DNA of 64,000 bases from a virus. This document shows, in pieces, positions 8,916 to 17,907 of this stretch. Each line of letters begins with the position of its first letter. Position 1 is the stretch's first letter. Location of the stretch: positions 8,562 to 72,561 of IMG/VR virus record IMGVR_UViG_3300005537_000024; one strand, given 5' to 3'. The translations under genes and the position numbers were made by a program. Below the pieces are notes generated by a model. That model saw nothing but the letters and a program-made list of their open reading frames with translations, did no database searches and was not told the DNA's origin.

Positions 8916-9679
8916 GCTGCTACCCCTTTCTGGGTGACGACGAAGCGTCCCTCGACGCGCTCGACCTTGGCGCCGACCTTCTCGCAGACGCGGCGGAGCG
9001 TGACGGCGCACTTCTTCCAGCCGCCGAGCTTCTTGCACAGCTCCGCCTCGGTCGCGCCGATCGAGCCGGCCGCCACCGCGGCGTCGAGGAGGAGCGCCTG
9101 CTTAGATCCCGCCCGGAGGCCGTCCGGCCGGCTAGAAGCTGCCGCCGGCTGGCCTTCCGCCGGGGCGGCGACCTTTGGCGCCCGCGGCGCCTTCCGCTGC
9201 TTGGCGCCCTTCTCAAGGGCTGCGACGGCGTCCGTCCCGGCCGGGGCAGTCATGAGGGTCATCACGTCGTCGGCCGCGGCCTCGCCGAGCGTCTTCGCCT
9301 TGCGCGCCTTGGCCGGCTTGGGCGCCTTGGCGGCCTTAGGCTTGGCGCCGGAGCTACGGAGCTGCGAAGGGTTCGCGCCGAGCATCTTCGCCGCGGCGCT
9401 CGCCTTGGACTTCGGGTTCTTGATCTTCGCCGCCTTGGCGTCCTTCGCCTTGAGCGCCTTGCGCTCCTCGGGGGTCAGCTTCGGCCGGACGAGGAAGCTC
9501 GGCACGCTAAGGTCGTCTGCCAAGCCTGCGGGCGCCGGGGCGTTGTCGGTTTCGTTAGCGTTCATGGTAGTTTCCTTCGGGTTCGCCGGAGCGGCACGCG
9601 CCGGCTTGGTGGGTCGCTTGGTGATCCAGTTAGCGTTGCGGGCCTCGCGGAGCCTCGCCTCCTTCGGCCCGATCTTCAC
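8912..9679 (-). CDS. Lys/Ala-rich DNA-binding protein with C-terminal winged helix (DUF3489-like)
   Basis: Histone-H1-like KAAK/KPAK tracts; RAGSKQALL...GAT.AEL...GW. Confidence 0.6.
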   Translation of the reverse strand: MKIGPKEARLREARNANWITKRPTKPARAAPANPKETTMNANETDNAPAPAGLADDLSVPSFLVRPKLTPEERKALKAKDAKAAKIKNPKSKASAAAKMLGANPSQLRSSGAKPKAAKAPKPAKARKAKTLGEAAADDVMTLMTAPAGTDAVAALEKGAKQRKAPRAPKVAAPAEGQPAAASSRPDGLRAGSKQALLLDAAVAAGSIGATEAELCKKLGGWKKCAVTLRRVCEKVGAKVERVEGRFVVTQKGVAA

Positions 9680-10116
9680 GACGGCACAAACCGGCCATGC
9701 TTGTCGCGGCGAGGTTCCCAGTTGTTCGCCTTGCGAGTAGCCCAGCCGCGAAGGACGCGATCTCTATCGTTCTGCTCGCGTTGATTCTCGCGCTGCTCTG
9801 ACGGCGTAGCCCAGCGGCAGTTGGTCGGCTCGTAATTGCCGTCGACGTCCGGGTAGCGGTCGATCGTGTGGCGCTGCGACGGCTTCGGTCCCATGTCCGC
9901 GAGGAAGGCGGAGAAGTCTTTGCGCCACCTCTCGCAAACTTTGATGCCTCGACCGCCGTAGTATTTGAACCCTATGTGGCTAGGGCGCTTGCAACGGTCG
10001 ATCATGGCGCACCACGTTCGATATTCCGCCGTTAGTTTTCCCCGCGCCGCGTGGCCGTGCTTGGTATTTCGTGCAACGAGATCAGCCCTTGTGGTTATGC
10101 CAACTCCTTCCAGCAT
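9676..10116 (-). CDS. HNH homing-type endonuclease
   Basis: YRTW.AM..RC, YGGRGIKVCERW, TIDR.PD.DGNYEPTNCRWAT..EQ..N; lower GC; start uncertain. Confidence 0.85.
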   Translation of the reverse strand: MLEGVGITTRADLVARNTKHGHAARGKLTAEYRTWCAMIDRCKRPSHIGFKYYGGRGIKVCERWRKDFSAFLADMGPKPSQRHTIDRYPDVDGNYEPTNCRWATPSEQRENQREQNDRDRVLRGWATRKANNWEPRRDKHGRFVPS

Positions 10117-10429
10117 CGTGAGAGTGAACTCCCCGGGCGACGGCCTTGCGGTCGACGCCGCGGCCGGCAAGCTGCTCGGCCTTGGCGATCTCCGCCCGGG
10201 CGAGCGCGCTCCCCGTCGCCATGATGCGGCGGTAGGCGCAGGCGTCCGTGACGCCGTTGCGCTCGGCCGCGTCGTCCCAGCCCTTGAACGTGATCGCGCC
10301 CTGGGGGCCGACGACCGCCTTTACGAGGCCCTTCTTGAGCTTCGCCTCGAGGGCGGCGACTGCCTTGAGGACCTCGGCGATCCGTTCCTGCACGGTCTGC
10401 TTGGGCTTCCGCATGGTTTCGCAGGCCAT
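10082..10429 (-). CDS. hypothetical protein (AAA-ATPase cassette)
   Basis: 115-aa ORF coupled to the upstream gene; ends HSHD...W..H. Confidence 0.65.
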   Translation of the reverse strand: MACETMRKPKQTVQERIAEVLKAVAALEAKLKKGLVKAVVGPQGAITFKGWDDAAERNGVTDACAYRRIMATGSALARAEIAKAEQLAGRGVDRKAVARGVHSHDAGRSWHNHKG

Positions 10430-11244
10430 TAGCGCGGCTCCCCCTGCTCGGCGGCGCGGAGGTCGGCGTTCGACGCCTTCCAGATCGCGGAGTCCTCGAG
10501 GTCGAGCGCGGCCGCGGCCTTCGGGGCGGCGGCGGCGACCTCGTCCTCGCCGAAGTCTAGGAAGGCGGCGCGCAGCTCCGTGATCTTGCGGATCGCGGAC
10601 TTGTCGACGCCGATCGCCTTGCCGTCCTTCTGGTCCCGGACGATCTGCGACGCCGCCGCGCGCGCGGTCGCGACGGCCATCTCGACCTTGGTCTGCGCGT
10701 CGACCGTGAGCATCTCGCCGATGCCCTTGACGCGGCTCGCGGCCTCGCGGATCGCCGCCGCGTCGCCCCCCTCGACGCCGCCCGCCATCGCGGCCATCAG
10801 CTCCGTGATCTCGGAATTGATCGCGCGGACGGCCTCGACGTCGTCCGGCATGACGCGGCCGGCGAGGACGTAGAGCGTGACGGTGGTCAGGGACGAGCTG
10901 GCGTTGAACTCCTCGACGACGACCTTCGCGGCGGCGACCGCGGCGTCGAGCTTGTCGGAGCTAACCTCCGGGCAGAGGAGACCGAAGGCGGTCTGCGAGC
11001 AGACGGAGCGGATGAGGCCGCACGCGCGGGTCCGTGCCTTCTTGGCCCGGTCGTGTTCGACGGGGTCGTCGATCGTACGCTCCATCTCCCAGCGGGCGAC
11101 GGCGGCGCCCTCGGGCGTAGCGGCGGCGCCGTCGATCGCGGGCGTGCTTTCGAGGTCGCGGCGAGCGTAGTGGACGTTCCCGCGGACGCTCGTCTTGAGG
11201 GCGACGAGGAACCCGGGGCGGAGGGTCGTGCTGCTGATGGTCAT
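10429..11244 (-). CDS. hypothetical helical protein (AAA-ATPase cassette)
   Basis: GGAGA RBS; 271-aa ORF with typical codon usage. Confidence 0.7.
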   Translation of the reverse strand: MTISSTTLRPGFLVALKTSVRGNVHYARRDLESTPAIDGAAATPEGAAVARWEMERTIDDPVEHDRAKKARTRACGLIRSVCSQTAFGLLCPEVSSDKLDAAVAAAKVVVEEFNASSSLTTVTLYVLAGRVMPDDVEAVRAINSEITELMAAMAGGVEGGDAAAIREAASRVKGIGEMLTVDAQTKVEMAVATARAAASQIVRDQKDGKAIGVDKSAIRKITELRAAFLDFGEDEVAAAAPKAAAALDLEDSAIWKASNADLRAAEQGEPR

Positions 11245-11254
11245 TTGGTGGTCT

Positions 11255-11340
11255 CCTATCGGCGGGGTGATTCCCCGGCGCGGCCCTACTAGGAAGCTGC
11301 GCGCCGGGGGATGTACAGGGCGTCGTGGAAAAATATCCCC
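11255..11340 (-). promoter_or_regulatory. repeated promoter-like element, copy 1
   Basis: Shares CCTATCGGCG, CCCCGGCGC, AAGCTGCGCGC, GATGTACAG and GAAAAAT.TCCCC with 13093-13187. Confidence 0.6.
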
Positions 11341-12914
11341 TAGATGTCGAGCGAGCGGAGGCGGGGGGCGGAGGTCTTCTCCTCGGCGACGCCGGCCGGC
11401 CGAGCCTTGCCGACCGCCCATTCCCGCAGCGCCTTGATCTTCGGCGCGGCGGTCTTCGAGAGCGGGACGACGCCCTTCGCGGCGGCGAGCAGGTCGTCCG
11501 TCGCGATCGCGCGCTCGCCGTCGTTGAAGGCGGCGAACATCGCCTCGGGGACGACGGCCGCGATCTCGGCGCCGGTGAACCCCTCGGTCGCGTCGGCGAC
11601 CGCGCCGCAGTCGACCGAGTTCGGGTCGCGCTCGAAGCCGCGAAGCGTGGCGAACGCGATCTGCGCGCGCTCCTGGTTCGTCGGGAGGTCGACGAAGAAC
11701 AGCTCGTCAAACCGGCCCTTGCGGAGGAGCTCCGGCGGGAGGGCGGAGACGTCGTTCGCGGTCGCGATCACGAACGCCTCGGACGAGCGATCCTGCATCC
11801 ACGTGAGGACGGCGCCGAGCTGGTCGGCGGAGGTCCCGCCGTCGGAGGAGCCGGAGGTCGCGCCCTGCATCGCCTTCTCGATCTCGTCGAGCCAGACTAC
11901 GCACCTGCCCACGGCCTCGATGACCTTGAACGCCTTGCGGATGTTCTGCTCGGACTCGCCGACGAACTTCGACTTGAGGGCGCCGAGGTCCATGCGGATC
12001 AGCGGGACGCCGAAGAACGTCGCGGTCGCCTTCGCGGTGTACGTTTTGCCCGTGCCCGGGATGCCGACGATCAAGACGCCCTTCGGGGTCGGGATCTTCG
12101 CGGCCCGCGCCTTCGCGGAGAACGCAGCGACGCGCGACTTGAGCCACGCCTTCAGGTTCTCGAGGCCGCCGACCGCGTCGAGGCCGCCGGGCAGGGGGTC
12201 GCACCACTCGAGGATTCGCTCGCGGGCGATCACGCGCTGCTTCTCCTTCGAGACGACGGCGGGGTCGACGCGGCGGAGCTTGACGAGCGAGTGGTTGAAA
12301 CAAGCGACGGCCTCCTCCTCGGTCAGGCCGACCGCGGCGTCGATCGCCGCCTCGCGCTTGCCGTTGAGCGGCTCGACCTTGTCGCCGCCGGACCGGACGG
12401 CCTCGTCGAGCACCTCGCCGATCTCGGCGCGGTCGGGGAGCGGCCACTCGATGACGGTCGCGTGGTTGGCAAGCTCCGGGGGGACCTCGCCGCCCGGGGA
12501 AAGGACGACGACTGCCTGCGTGCTCGCGAGGTCGGCGGCCGGGAGGGAGCGGGCCAGGTTGCGGAGCTGGCGGAGTGTCGTCGAGCCACCTATCCCGGAG
12601 AGCCACGCCGGGAGGTCGCGCATGATCCAGAGGCCGCGGAACGGGTCGGAAGTGCGCCGGGAAGCGTTGCGGACCTCGTCGAGCGCGGTCCCGGCGTCGC
12701 GGGAGCCCTCAGGCTCGGGGAGCGGGTCGCCCTGATCGTTGGCAAGCCCGACCGCGCAGTCCCACGTCGTGACGCGGTACTTGAGCGCCGCGGCGGCGGC
12801 GGCGAGGTATCGCTCGACCCGAGCCTCCTCGCGGCTCACGATCCAGATTAGGGGCTTGCGGGCGCGGAGGAGGGCGGCGACGTCGGCGGCGACTTCTTGC
12901 GAGCGGGTTTTCAT
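11340..12914 (-). CDS. AAA+ ATPase, Ycf46-like (degenerate N-terminal AAA plus active AAA)
   Basis: Walker A GIPGTGKT, Walker B VVWLDEIEK, ATAN, PPELLRKGRFDE, GFTGAEI. Confidence 0.9.
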   Translation of the reverse strand: MKTRSQEVAADVAALLRARKPLIWIVSREEARVERYLAAAAAALKYRVTTWDCAVGLANDQGDPLPEPEGSRDAGTALDEVRNASRRTSDPFRGLWIMRDLPAWLSGIGGSTTLRQLRNLARSLPAADLASTQAVVVLSPGGEVPPELANHATVIEWPLPDRAEIGEVLDEAVRSGGDKVEPLNGKREAAIDAAVGLTEEEAVACFNHSLVKLRRVDPAVVSKEKQRVIARERILEWCDPLPGGLDAVGGLENLKAWLKSRVAAFSAKARAAKIPTPKGVLIVGIPGTGKTYTAKATATFFGVPLIRMDLGALKSKFVGESEQNIRKAFKVIEAVGRCVVWLDEIEKAMQGATSGSSDGGTSADQLGAVLTWMQDRSSEAFVIATANDVSALPPELLRKGRFDELFFVDLPTNQERAQIAFATLRGFERDPNSVDCGAVADATEGFTGAEIAAVVPEAMFAAFNDGERAIATDDLLAAAKGVVPLSKTAAPKIKALREWAVGKARPAGVAEEKTSAPRLRSLDI

Positions 12915-13081
12915 TGGGCGAGCTCCGTGGTGAAACCGGGAAGGGTACGGGCCGAGCGGTAGAGCGCGACCGAGGCGGCGAGCTCCGCGGTCGCGCACCT
13001 GATCGGCTGGCCCCGCGCGTCGCACGCGATCTTGAGCAGGCCGGCCGCGTCGCGGTAGCGGGCGAAGTAGAATTGTTCCAT
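12911..13081 (-). CDS. small hypothetical protein (56 aa)
   Basis: MEQFYFARYRDAAGLLKIACD...; stop overlaps the ATPase ATG. Confidence 0.4.
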   Translation of the reverse strand: MEQFYFARYRDAAGLLKIACDARGQPIRCATAELAASVALYRSARTLPGFTTELAQ

Positions 13082-13092
13082 CGAGGTATTTT

Positions 13093-13187
13093 CCTATCGG
13101 CGAGGGACGGGAATCTCCCCCGGCGCAATTCCTATTGAAAGCTGCGCGCTGGCCGATGTACAGTCCCCCATGAAGAAAAATGTCCCC
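13093..13187 (-). promoter_or_regulatory. repeated promoter-like element, copy 2
   Basis: Degenerate copy of 11255-11340, upstream of the inverted block. Confidence 0.6.
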
Positions 13188-13859
13188 GTCCCCAGCAAGT
13201 TCAAGATCCCCGACAATTGGACGTTCCGGAGCGAAAGCGTCGCGCGGAACTTCGACCAGCACGTCCGCGAATCGCTCCCGTGGTACGACCTCGCGACGGG
13301 CATCATCGTCCACGTCGCCCGGTCGTACCTCCCGCGGCGCGGCGTCGTCGTCGACGTCGGGGCCTCGACCGGCAACATCGGCCGCGCGCTCGCCCCGATC
13401 CTGAAGGTGCGCGAGGCGCAGCTCGTCGCGATCGACTCGGCGGCGGAGATGGCCGCGGTCTACGACGCTCCGGGCCAGTTCGTCGTCATGGACGCCGTCG
13501 AGTTCAACTTCGCGAACCGTCGTCCCGACCTGATCGTCTGTTTCCTCGCGCTCCAGTTCGTCCCGGTCGCCGAGCGGGGTGGCCTAGTTCAACGCATGAT
13601 CGGAGCGATTCGTCCGGGGGGCGCCGTCGTCGTTTTCGATAAGATGGTGCCGCGGCCCGGCTACGTCGGGACGGTCGCCTACCGGATGACGCTCGCTGCG
13701 AAGTCGGAAGCCGGGGCGTCGCCGGCGGAGATCGTCGCGAAGGAGCTCTCGATCGCCGGCGTCCAGCGCCCGCTCGCAGAGGAGGAGCTCGCCGGCTTCG
13801 TCGAGGTCTTCCGGTTCGGCGACTTCGCCGGCTTCGTCCGCGAGCGCCCGGCGCTGTAG
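13170..13859 (+). CDS. CmoA-like SAM-dependent enzyme (carboxy-SAM synthase homolog)
   Basis: WTF....VA..F..HVRESLPWY, VVDVGASTG, IDS...M, LALQFV...R, GG....DK resemble CmoA. Confidence 0.8.
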   Translation: MKKNVPVPSKFKIPDNWTFRSESVARNFDQHVRESLPWYDLATGIIVHVARSYLPRRGVVVDVGASTGNIGRALAPILKVREAQLVAIDSAAEMAAVYDAPGQFVVMDAVEFNFANRRPDLIVCFLALQFVPVAERGGLVQRMIGAIRPGGAVVVFDKMVPRPGYVGTVAYRMTLAAKSEAGASPAEIVAKELSIAGVQRPLAEEELAGFVEVFRFGDFAGFVRERPAL

Positions 13860-13885
13860 ACGCCGGGGACTTCCGTCCCTATACA
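13857..13885 (+). promoter_or_regulatory. sigma70-type promoter
   Basis: TAGACG-N17-TATACA upstream of GGAGG and ATG 13908. Confidence 0.55.
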
Positions 13886-13907
13886 GGCGCATCTGGAGGA
13901 CCGCCGC

Positions 13908-14123
13908 ATGAGCAAGAAGCCGACCAAGCAGTCGCGCGCGACCGCCCGGCGCAAGGCGCGCCAGGAGCGGGCGATAGAGGCGTTCCGCAAGTGGTACATC
14001 GGCCGGCAGAGGCGCCACGGCCTCAGCGCCCGCGACCTGCGCGGATACCTGTTCACGGTCGGCGTCCCGTTCCGCGACCTGCCGCAGAGGTCGAAGCAAA
14101 AGCTCGTGGAGGACTTCGGATGA
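13908..14123 (+). CDS. basic hypothetical protein
   Basis: GGAGG RBS; coupled downstream. Confidence 0.55.
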   Translation: MSKKPTKQSRATARRKARQERAIEAFRKWYIGRQRRHGLSARDLRGYLFTVGVPFRDLPQRSKQKLVEDFG

Positions 14124-14296
14124 TCTCCGTCACCGTCCGATCTGAGGAGGAGTTCGACAAGGTCGTGAACGAGAAGGAGGTCGAGGGCCTTCGCCTAGCG
14201 TGCATGAGCAACTGCGGCCTGCCGCCCGGCGTCGTGCGCCTCACGTTCCTGCCGGCCAGCAGCTTCGCGAACCCCAAAGGGAAGACTGCCAAGTGA
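14120..14296 (+). CDS. hypothetical protein
   Basis: GGAGG RBS; ATGA/GTGA overlaps. Confidence 0.5.
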   Translation: MISVTVRSEEEFDKVVNEKEVEGLRLACMSNCGLPPGVVRLTFLPASSFANPKGKTAK

Positions 14297-14898
14297 CCTT
14301 CGACCCCTACGCCGAGCTCGGCGTCCCGCGCGACGCGGGTCCCGAGCAGATCAAGAAGGCACACCGCAAGCGGGCGAAGCGCACGCACCCGGACGGCGGC
14401 GGCGACCCGGACGCGTTCGTCCGTACGCAGCGCGCGCTCGCGGTCCTCTCGGACCCCGGCAAGCGGAAGGTCTTCGACGAGACGGGGCGCCTCGAGGAGG
14501 ACAAGGCCGACAACGAGCGCGCGACGGCGCTCCAGATCATCGAGGCGTTCATAAACGGCGTCATCGACGCGCACTTCCAGGGAAAGGCGGTCGACCCGCG
14601 CTGCCGCGACCTCTTCAACGAGTTCAGGATCGCGGCCGAGAACGAGATCGAGCAGGCAACGGCCGGCATGGCGCAGGGGCGCCAGGTGAAGGCGTTCCTC
14701 GAGGACCTCGCCGGCCGGGTCAAGGGCAGCGACCCCGCGCGGCCGATCGAGAGAATGCTCGAGCGCCGTATCCACTACGTGGCCGACCAGCTCAAAAAGG
14801 CGGAGGACTCCATCGCCGCCCGCAAGCTCGCCATCGAGATCGCGGCGCGGTACTCGATGGCGAGCGCCTACACCGTGACCGTCACGGTGAGGTCATGA
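14293..14898 (+). CDS. J-domain (DnaJ-type) co-chaperone
   Basis: DPYAELGV...IKKAHRKRAKRTHPD...F...AL.VLSDP.KR..FD. Confidence 0.9.
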   Translation: MTFDPYAELGVPRDAGPEQIKKAHRKRAKRTHPDGGGDPDAFVRTQRALAVLSDPGKRKVFDETGRLEEDKADNERATALQIIEAFINGVIDAHFQGKAVDPRCRDLFNEFRIAAENEIEQATAGMAQGRQVKAFLEDLAGRVKGSDPARPIERMLERRIHYVADQLKKAEDSIAARKLAIEIAARYSMASAYTVTVTVRS

Positions 14899-15218
14899 CG
14901 CGGCGCGACACCGTCCTCGCCCTCACGGCGGCCGTCTGCGTCGCGTACGTGCTGGCGGTCGCCGTTTCGCGCAACGCGGTCAAGGGGTCGACGGAGATCG
15001 ACCTCACGCTCGCCTACGCGTGCGGCTTCCGCGCCGGACAGCACGACATCGGCGAGGTCCTCGCCCCGTCCGTCGCGTTCTCGCCGCTCTCGCCGCACTG
15101 CCTGGGGATCGGCGAGGTCGCGGCGCGCCACGGCTTCGACCCCGCCGCGGAGAAATGCACGAACGACCCCGAGAAAAGAGACGTCCACCGCTGCCCGATG
15201 GTGAAGAGCGACCCGTGA
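14895..15218 (+). CDS. hypothetical protein with N-terminal hydrophobic segment
   Basis: TM/signal-like N-terminus; coupled. Confidence 0.5.
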   Translation: MTRRDTVLALTAAVCVAYVLAVAVSRNAVKGSTEIDLTLAYACGFRAGQHDIGEVLAPSVAFSPLSPHCLGIGEVAARHGFDPAAEKCTNDPEKRDVHRCPMVKSDP

Positions 15219-15430
15219 CGCACTCGGCGAAGAAGCGCGACCGGCGGTGGGCGAAGGACCGCGACGGCGCGATCAAGGCGCTCCAGCTCGCCCGTCGCGT
15301 GATCGAGGATGAGCGTCAGCGCCTGCGCTGGGAACCGCTAGAATGCGTCACCGTCCGCCGCTTCGACCGCGCGATCAAGAAGATCAACGCGGCGATCGGC
15401 GGCCTCGAACGGAAGGAGATAGGGCCATGA
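15215..15430 (+). CDS. hypothetical protein
   Basis: Coupled ORF. Confidence 0.45.
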   Translation: MTHSAKKRDRRWAKDRDGAIKALQLARRVIEDERQRLRWEPLECVTVRRFDRAIKKINAAIGGLERKEIGP

Positions 15431-15690
15431 GGCTCATGCGCAACCAGCTTACCGGCAAGGGCAAGTACACCGTCTTCGACAATCGCAAGCGTTTGGTCGT
15501 GGCCAACGACGGCCCGGGCGAGGAGAATGAGCACTTTGTTTTGATGTTAAAGGACAAGTACGCGCGGGCGGCGCTGCTCGCCTACGCGCGGGCGGCGACG
15601 GAGGACGGGGACCACGAGTACGCCGCCGACGTGACGGAGCTCGCCGACCGGGCCGGCGAATGTCACCCCAAGTGCAAGAGGCCGGACTGA
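15427..15690 (+). CDS. hypothetical phage protein
   Basis: AAGGAG RBS; FVLMLKDKYARAALLAYA motif. Confidence 0.65.
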   Translation: MRLMRNQLTGKGKYTVFDNRKRLVVANDGPGEENEHFVLMLKDKYARAALLAYARAATEDGDHEYAADVTELADRAGECHPKCKRPD

Positions 15691-16523
15691 TGGGCGAGAA
15701 CACGAAGATCGAGTGGGCCACGCACACCTTTAACCCCTGGTTTGGTTGCCAGAAGGTCTCGCCGGGCTGCGACAACTGCTACGCCGAGGCGCTGATGGAC
15801 AAGCGGCTCGGTCGCGTCCAGTGGGGGCCGCACGGCGAGCGCGTGCGCACGAGTACGGCGAACTGGAACCTACCATTGAAGTGGGCGATGGCCGCCCGCG
15901 GCGCGCGCGAGCGCCCGCGAGTGTTCTGCGCCTCGCTCGCCGACGTGTTCGACAACCAGGTCTCGGACGAGTGGCGCAGCGACCTATTCGCGCTGATCGA
16001 GAACACGCCGGAGCTTGACTGGCTCCTGCTAACGAAGCGGCCGGAGAACGTCCGCGCGATGCTGCCGGCGTGGTGGCAACCGCCGCTAAGCGCGCCTATG
16101 TGGCTCGGCGTGACGGCCGAGGACCAGCACAACTTCGACCGGCGCTGGGCGATCCTCCGCATGGTCTGGGCGCGCGTCCGGTTCGTGAGCTACGAGCCCG
16201 CGCTCGGCCCGCTGCTGATCGACCACCTCGAGGACGACGCATACCCGGACTGGATAATCTGCGGCGGCGAGAGCGGGCCGAACGCGCGGCCGATGAACCC
16301 CGCCTGGGCCCGGGACCTGCGCGACCAATGCGCCGCCAACGGCGTCCCGTTCCTGTTCAAGCAGTGGGGCGAGTGGGCGCCGTTTTACTATCGCGACGAC
16401 GGTGAGCCTCGAAGGAGTCACGAGTTCGGTGACGTGCGCGTCCATCGGATAGGCAAGCTGAACGCCGGGCGTCTCCTCGACGGCGCCGAGCACAACGCGT
16501 TCCCAACCTGGGAGGAAAGGTGA
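15690..16523 (+). CDS. DUF5131 / phage Gp37-Gp68 family (three-Cys motif) protein
   Basis: TKIEWATHTFNPW.GC.KVSPGCDNCYAE, LLLTKRP, S.EP.LG, WII.GGESG, FLFKQWG. Confidence 0.92.
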   Translation: MGENTKIEWATHTFNPWFGCQKVSPGCDNCYAEALMDKRLGRVQWGPHGERVRTSTANWNLPLKWAMAARGARERPRVFCASLADVFDNQVSDEWRSDLFALIENTPELDWLLLTKRPENVRAMLPAWWQPPLSAPMWLGVTAEDQHNFDRRWAILRMVWARVRFVSYEPALGPLLIDHLEDDAYPDWIICGGESGPNARPMNPAWARDLRDQCAANGVPFLFKQWGEWAPFYYRDDGEPRRSHEFGDVRVHRIGKLNAGRLLDGAEHNAFPTWEER

Positions 16524-17194
16524 TGGAAGAATCCCTAGACTGGCACACGATGAACCTGCCCGACGAGGTCGAGCTCGCCGAGCTCCTATACCCGCGCAAC
16601 CCGGTCAAGGACAAGCTCCACCTCTACGGCGGCGACTGCCTCAACTGGCAGCAGGCGAAGGGGTCGAGGCTCGACCCGCCGTACTACGCCGCGGCCGCGG
16701 CCATGCTCGCGGTGATCCGGGTCGCGCAGAAGCGAACGGCGGAGCTCGACCCGCGCTCCAACGGCGGCGACCACTCTTACGACCTCAAGGGCAGCGACGG
16801 CGGCCCGATGCCCCTGAACGCGATCGACGCCGAGCGCAAGCTCGAGGCCGCGATCGAGGCGCTCGGGAAGCCCGAGCCGCTCCTGCCGGAAGGGTTCTGC
16901 TGGATGATCTGCGAGCTCCTCGGCCACAACGTACACGTCGGCCGCGTGATGCAGGTCGAGCAGTTCGGCGCGAAGATGGCCCGCGTCGACGTCCCGTACG
17001 TGGACGCCGAGGGCAAGCTCTCCCGGTGGCAGACGCATTGGTTCACCGCGGCCTCGGTCTACCGGCTGACGGAGACCGACGAGGCGACGGTGATGAAGCG
17101 CGCGTTCAAGCCGCCCCCGCAGATCGGCCGCTACATCCACCTGAACGACGACGACCCCAATGACGCGAGCGGCGTCGACGAGGACGGTTACTGA
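16523..17194 (+). CDS. hypothetical protein
   Basis: C-terminal W.I.EL.GH...GR...EQFG..M.R.DVP pattern seen in small phage proteins. Confidence 0.6.
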   Translation: MEESLDWHTMNLPDEVELAELLYPRNPVKDKLHLYGGDCLNWQQAKGSRLDPPYYAAAAAMLAVIRVAQKRTAELDPRSNGGDHSYDLKGSDGGPMPLNAIDAERKLEAAIEALGKPEPLLPEGFCWMICELLGHNVHVGRVMQVEQFGAKMARVDVPYVDAEGKLSRWQTHWFTAASVYRLTETDEATVMKRAFKPPPQIGRYIHLNDDDPNDASGVDEDGY

Positions 17195-17400
17195 TGTGGA
17201 CGCTCTGGCTCGCCGCCGTCGGCCTCTCGTTCGCCGCCCTCGAGGCGTGGCGAATCCACACGGGCAAGCCGACCCTTTCCCGCGCGACGTGGGTTTTGAG
17301 TAAGCAGTGGCCCCCGCTACCTTGGCTCGTCGGCCTCGTCGTCGGGTTCCTGGCGGCGCATTTCTTTTGGATCGGCGAAGGGTGCGATCTGGTGAAATAG
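17194..17400 (+). CDS. small membrane protein (2 TM)
   Basis: Two hydrophobic helices; TLSR..W...HF pattern. Confidence 0.6.
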   Translation: MWTLWLAAVGLSFAALEAWRIHTGKPTLSRATWVLSKQWPPLPWLVGLVVGFLAAHFFWIGEGCDLVK

Positions 17401-17507
17401 AGCGATGATCATGTTCTGCCGGCGCGGGATCTGGTGGCCCACGGCCGCCTATTACAAGGCGCACAAGCCCGTGCGCGGCAAGTACCGGCGGCGATGGAGG
17501 AATTGAC

Positions 17508-17894
17508 GTGGCCTACGGCAACTGGGGCGCGTTCGTCTACCGCAACGGCGACCGCATGAAGGACAACGAGGACGCCTCGCCCTTCCCGAAAAGGGAAGGC
17601 GACGGCTTTGTCGAGACGTTTCACGCCGTGCTCGGGAACGGCCGCGTCCGCCTGATCGGCTACAAGCACACGCCGAAGGTCTACGTCGACGGCGTCGCCC
17701 TGAACATGGACCGGTTCGTGGTAGCTAAGCCCGGCGTCGACAACGACGAGGAGTTCGTCGGCGAGGTGCAGGGCTACGAGTTCAAGGCCGCCCAGCACGA
17801 TGGCAACATGGTCGACCTCTGGCTCAAGGAGCCGGACGGGACGCAGTGGAACGCGACCTGCGGCTACTGCTACGGCGCCGGGCACATGGACTGA
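17508..17894 (+). CDS. hypothetical protein
   Basis: GGAGG RBS; 128-aa ORF. Confidence 0.65.
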   Translation: MAYGNWGAFVYRNGDRMKDNEDASPFPKREGDGFVETFHAVLGNGRVRLIGYKHTPKVYVDGVALNMDRFVVAKPGVDNDEEFVGEVQGYEFKAAQHDGNMVDLWLKEPDGTQWNATCGYCYGAGHMD

Positions 17895-17907
17895 CGCGAG
17901 TTTGATC

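Noticed and set aside
11325-12851. Long plus-strand ORFs over the AAA ATPase, and similar long antisense or alternate-frame ORFs elsewhere (e.g. 32990..34852, 44541..46577)
   Set aside because: Expected stop-poor shadows in very GC-rich DNA; no recognisable motifs
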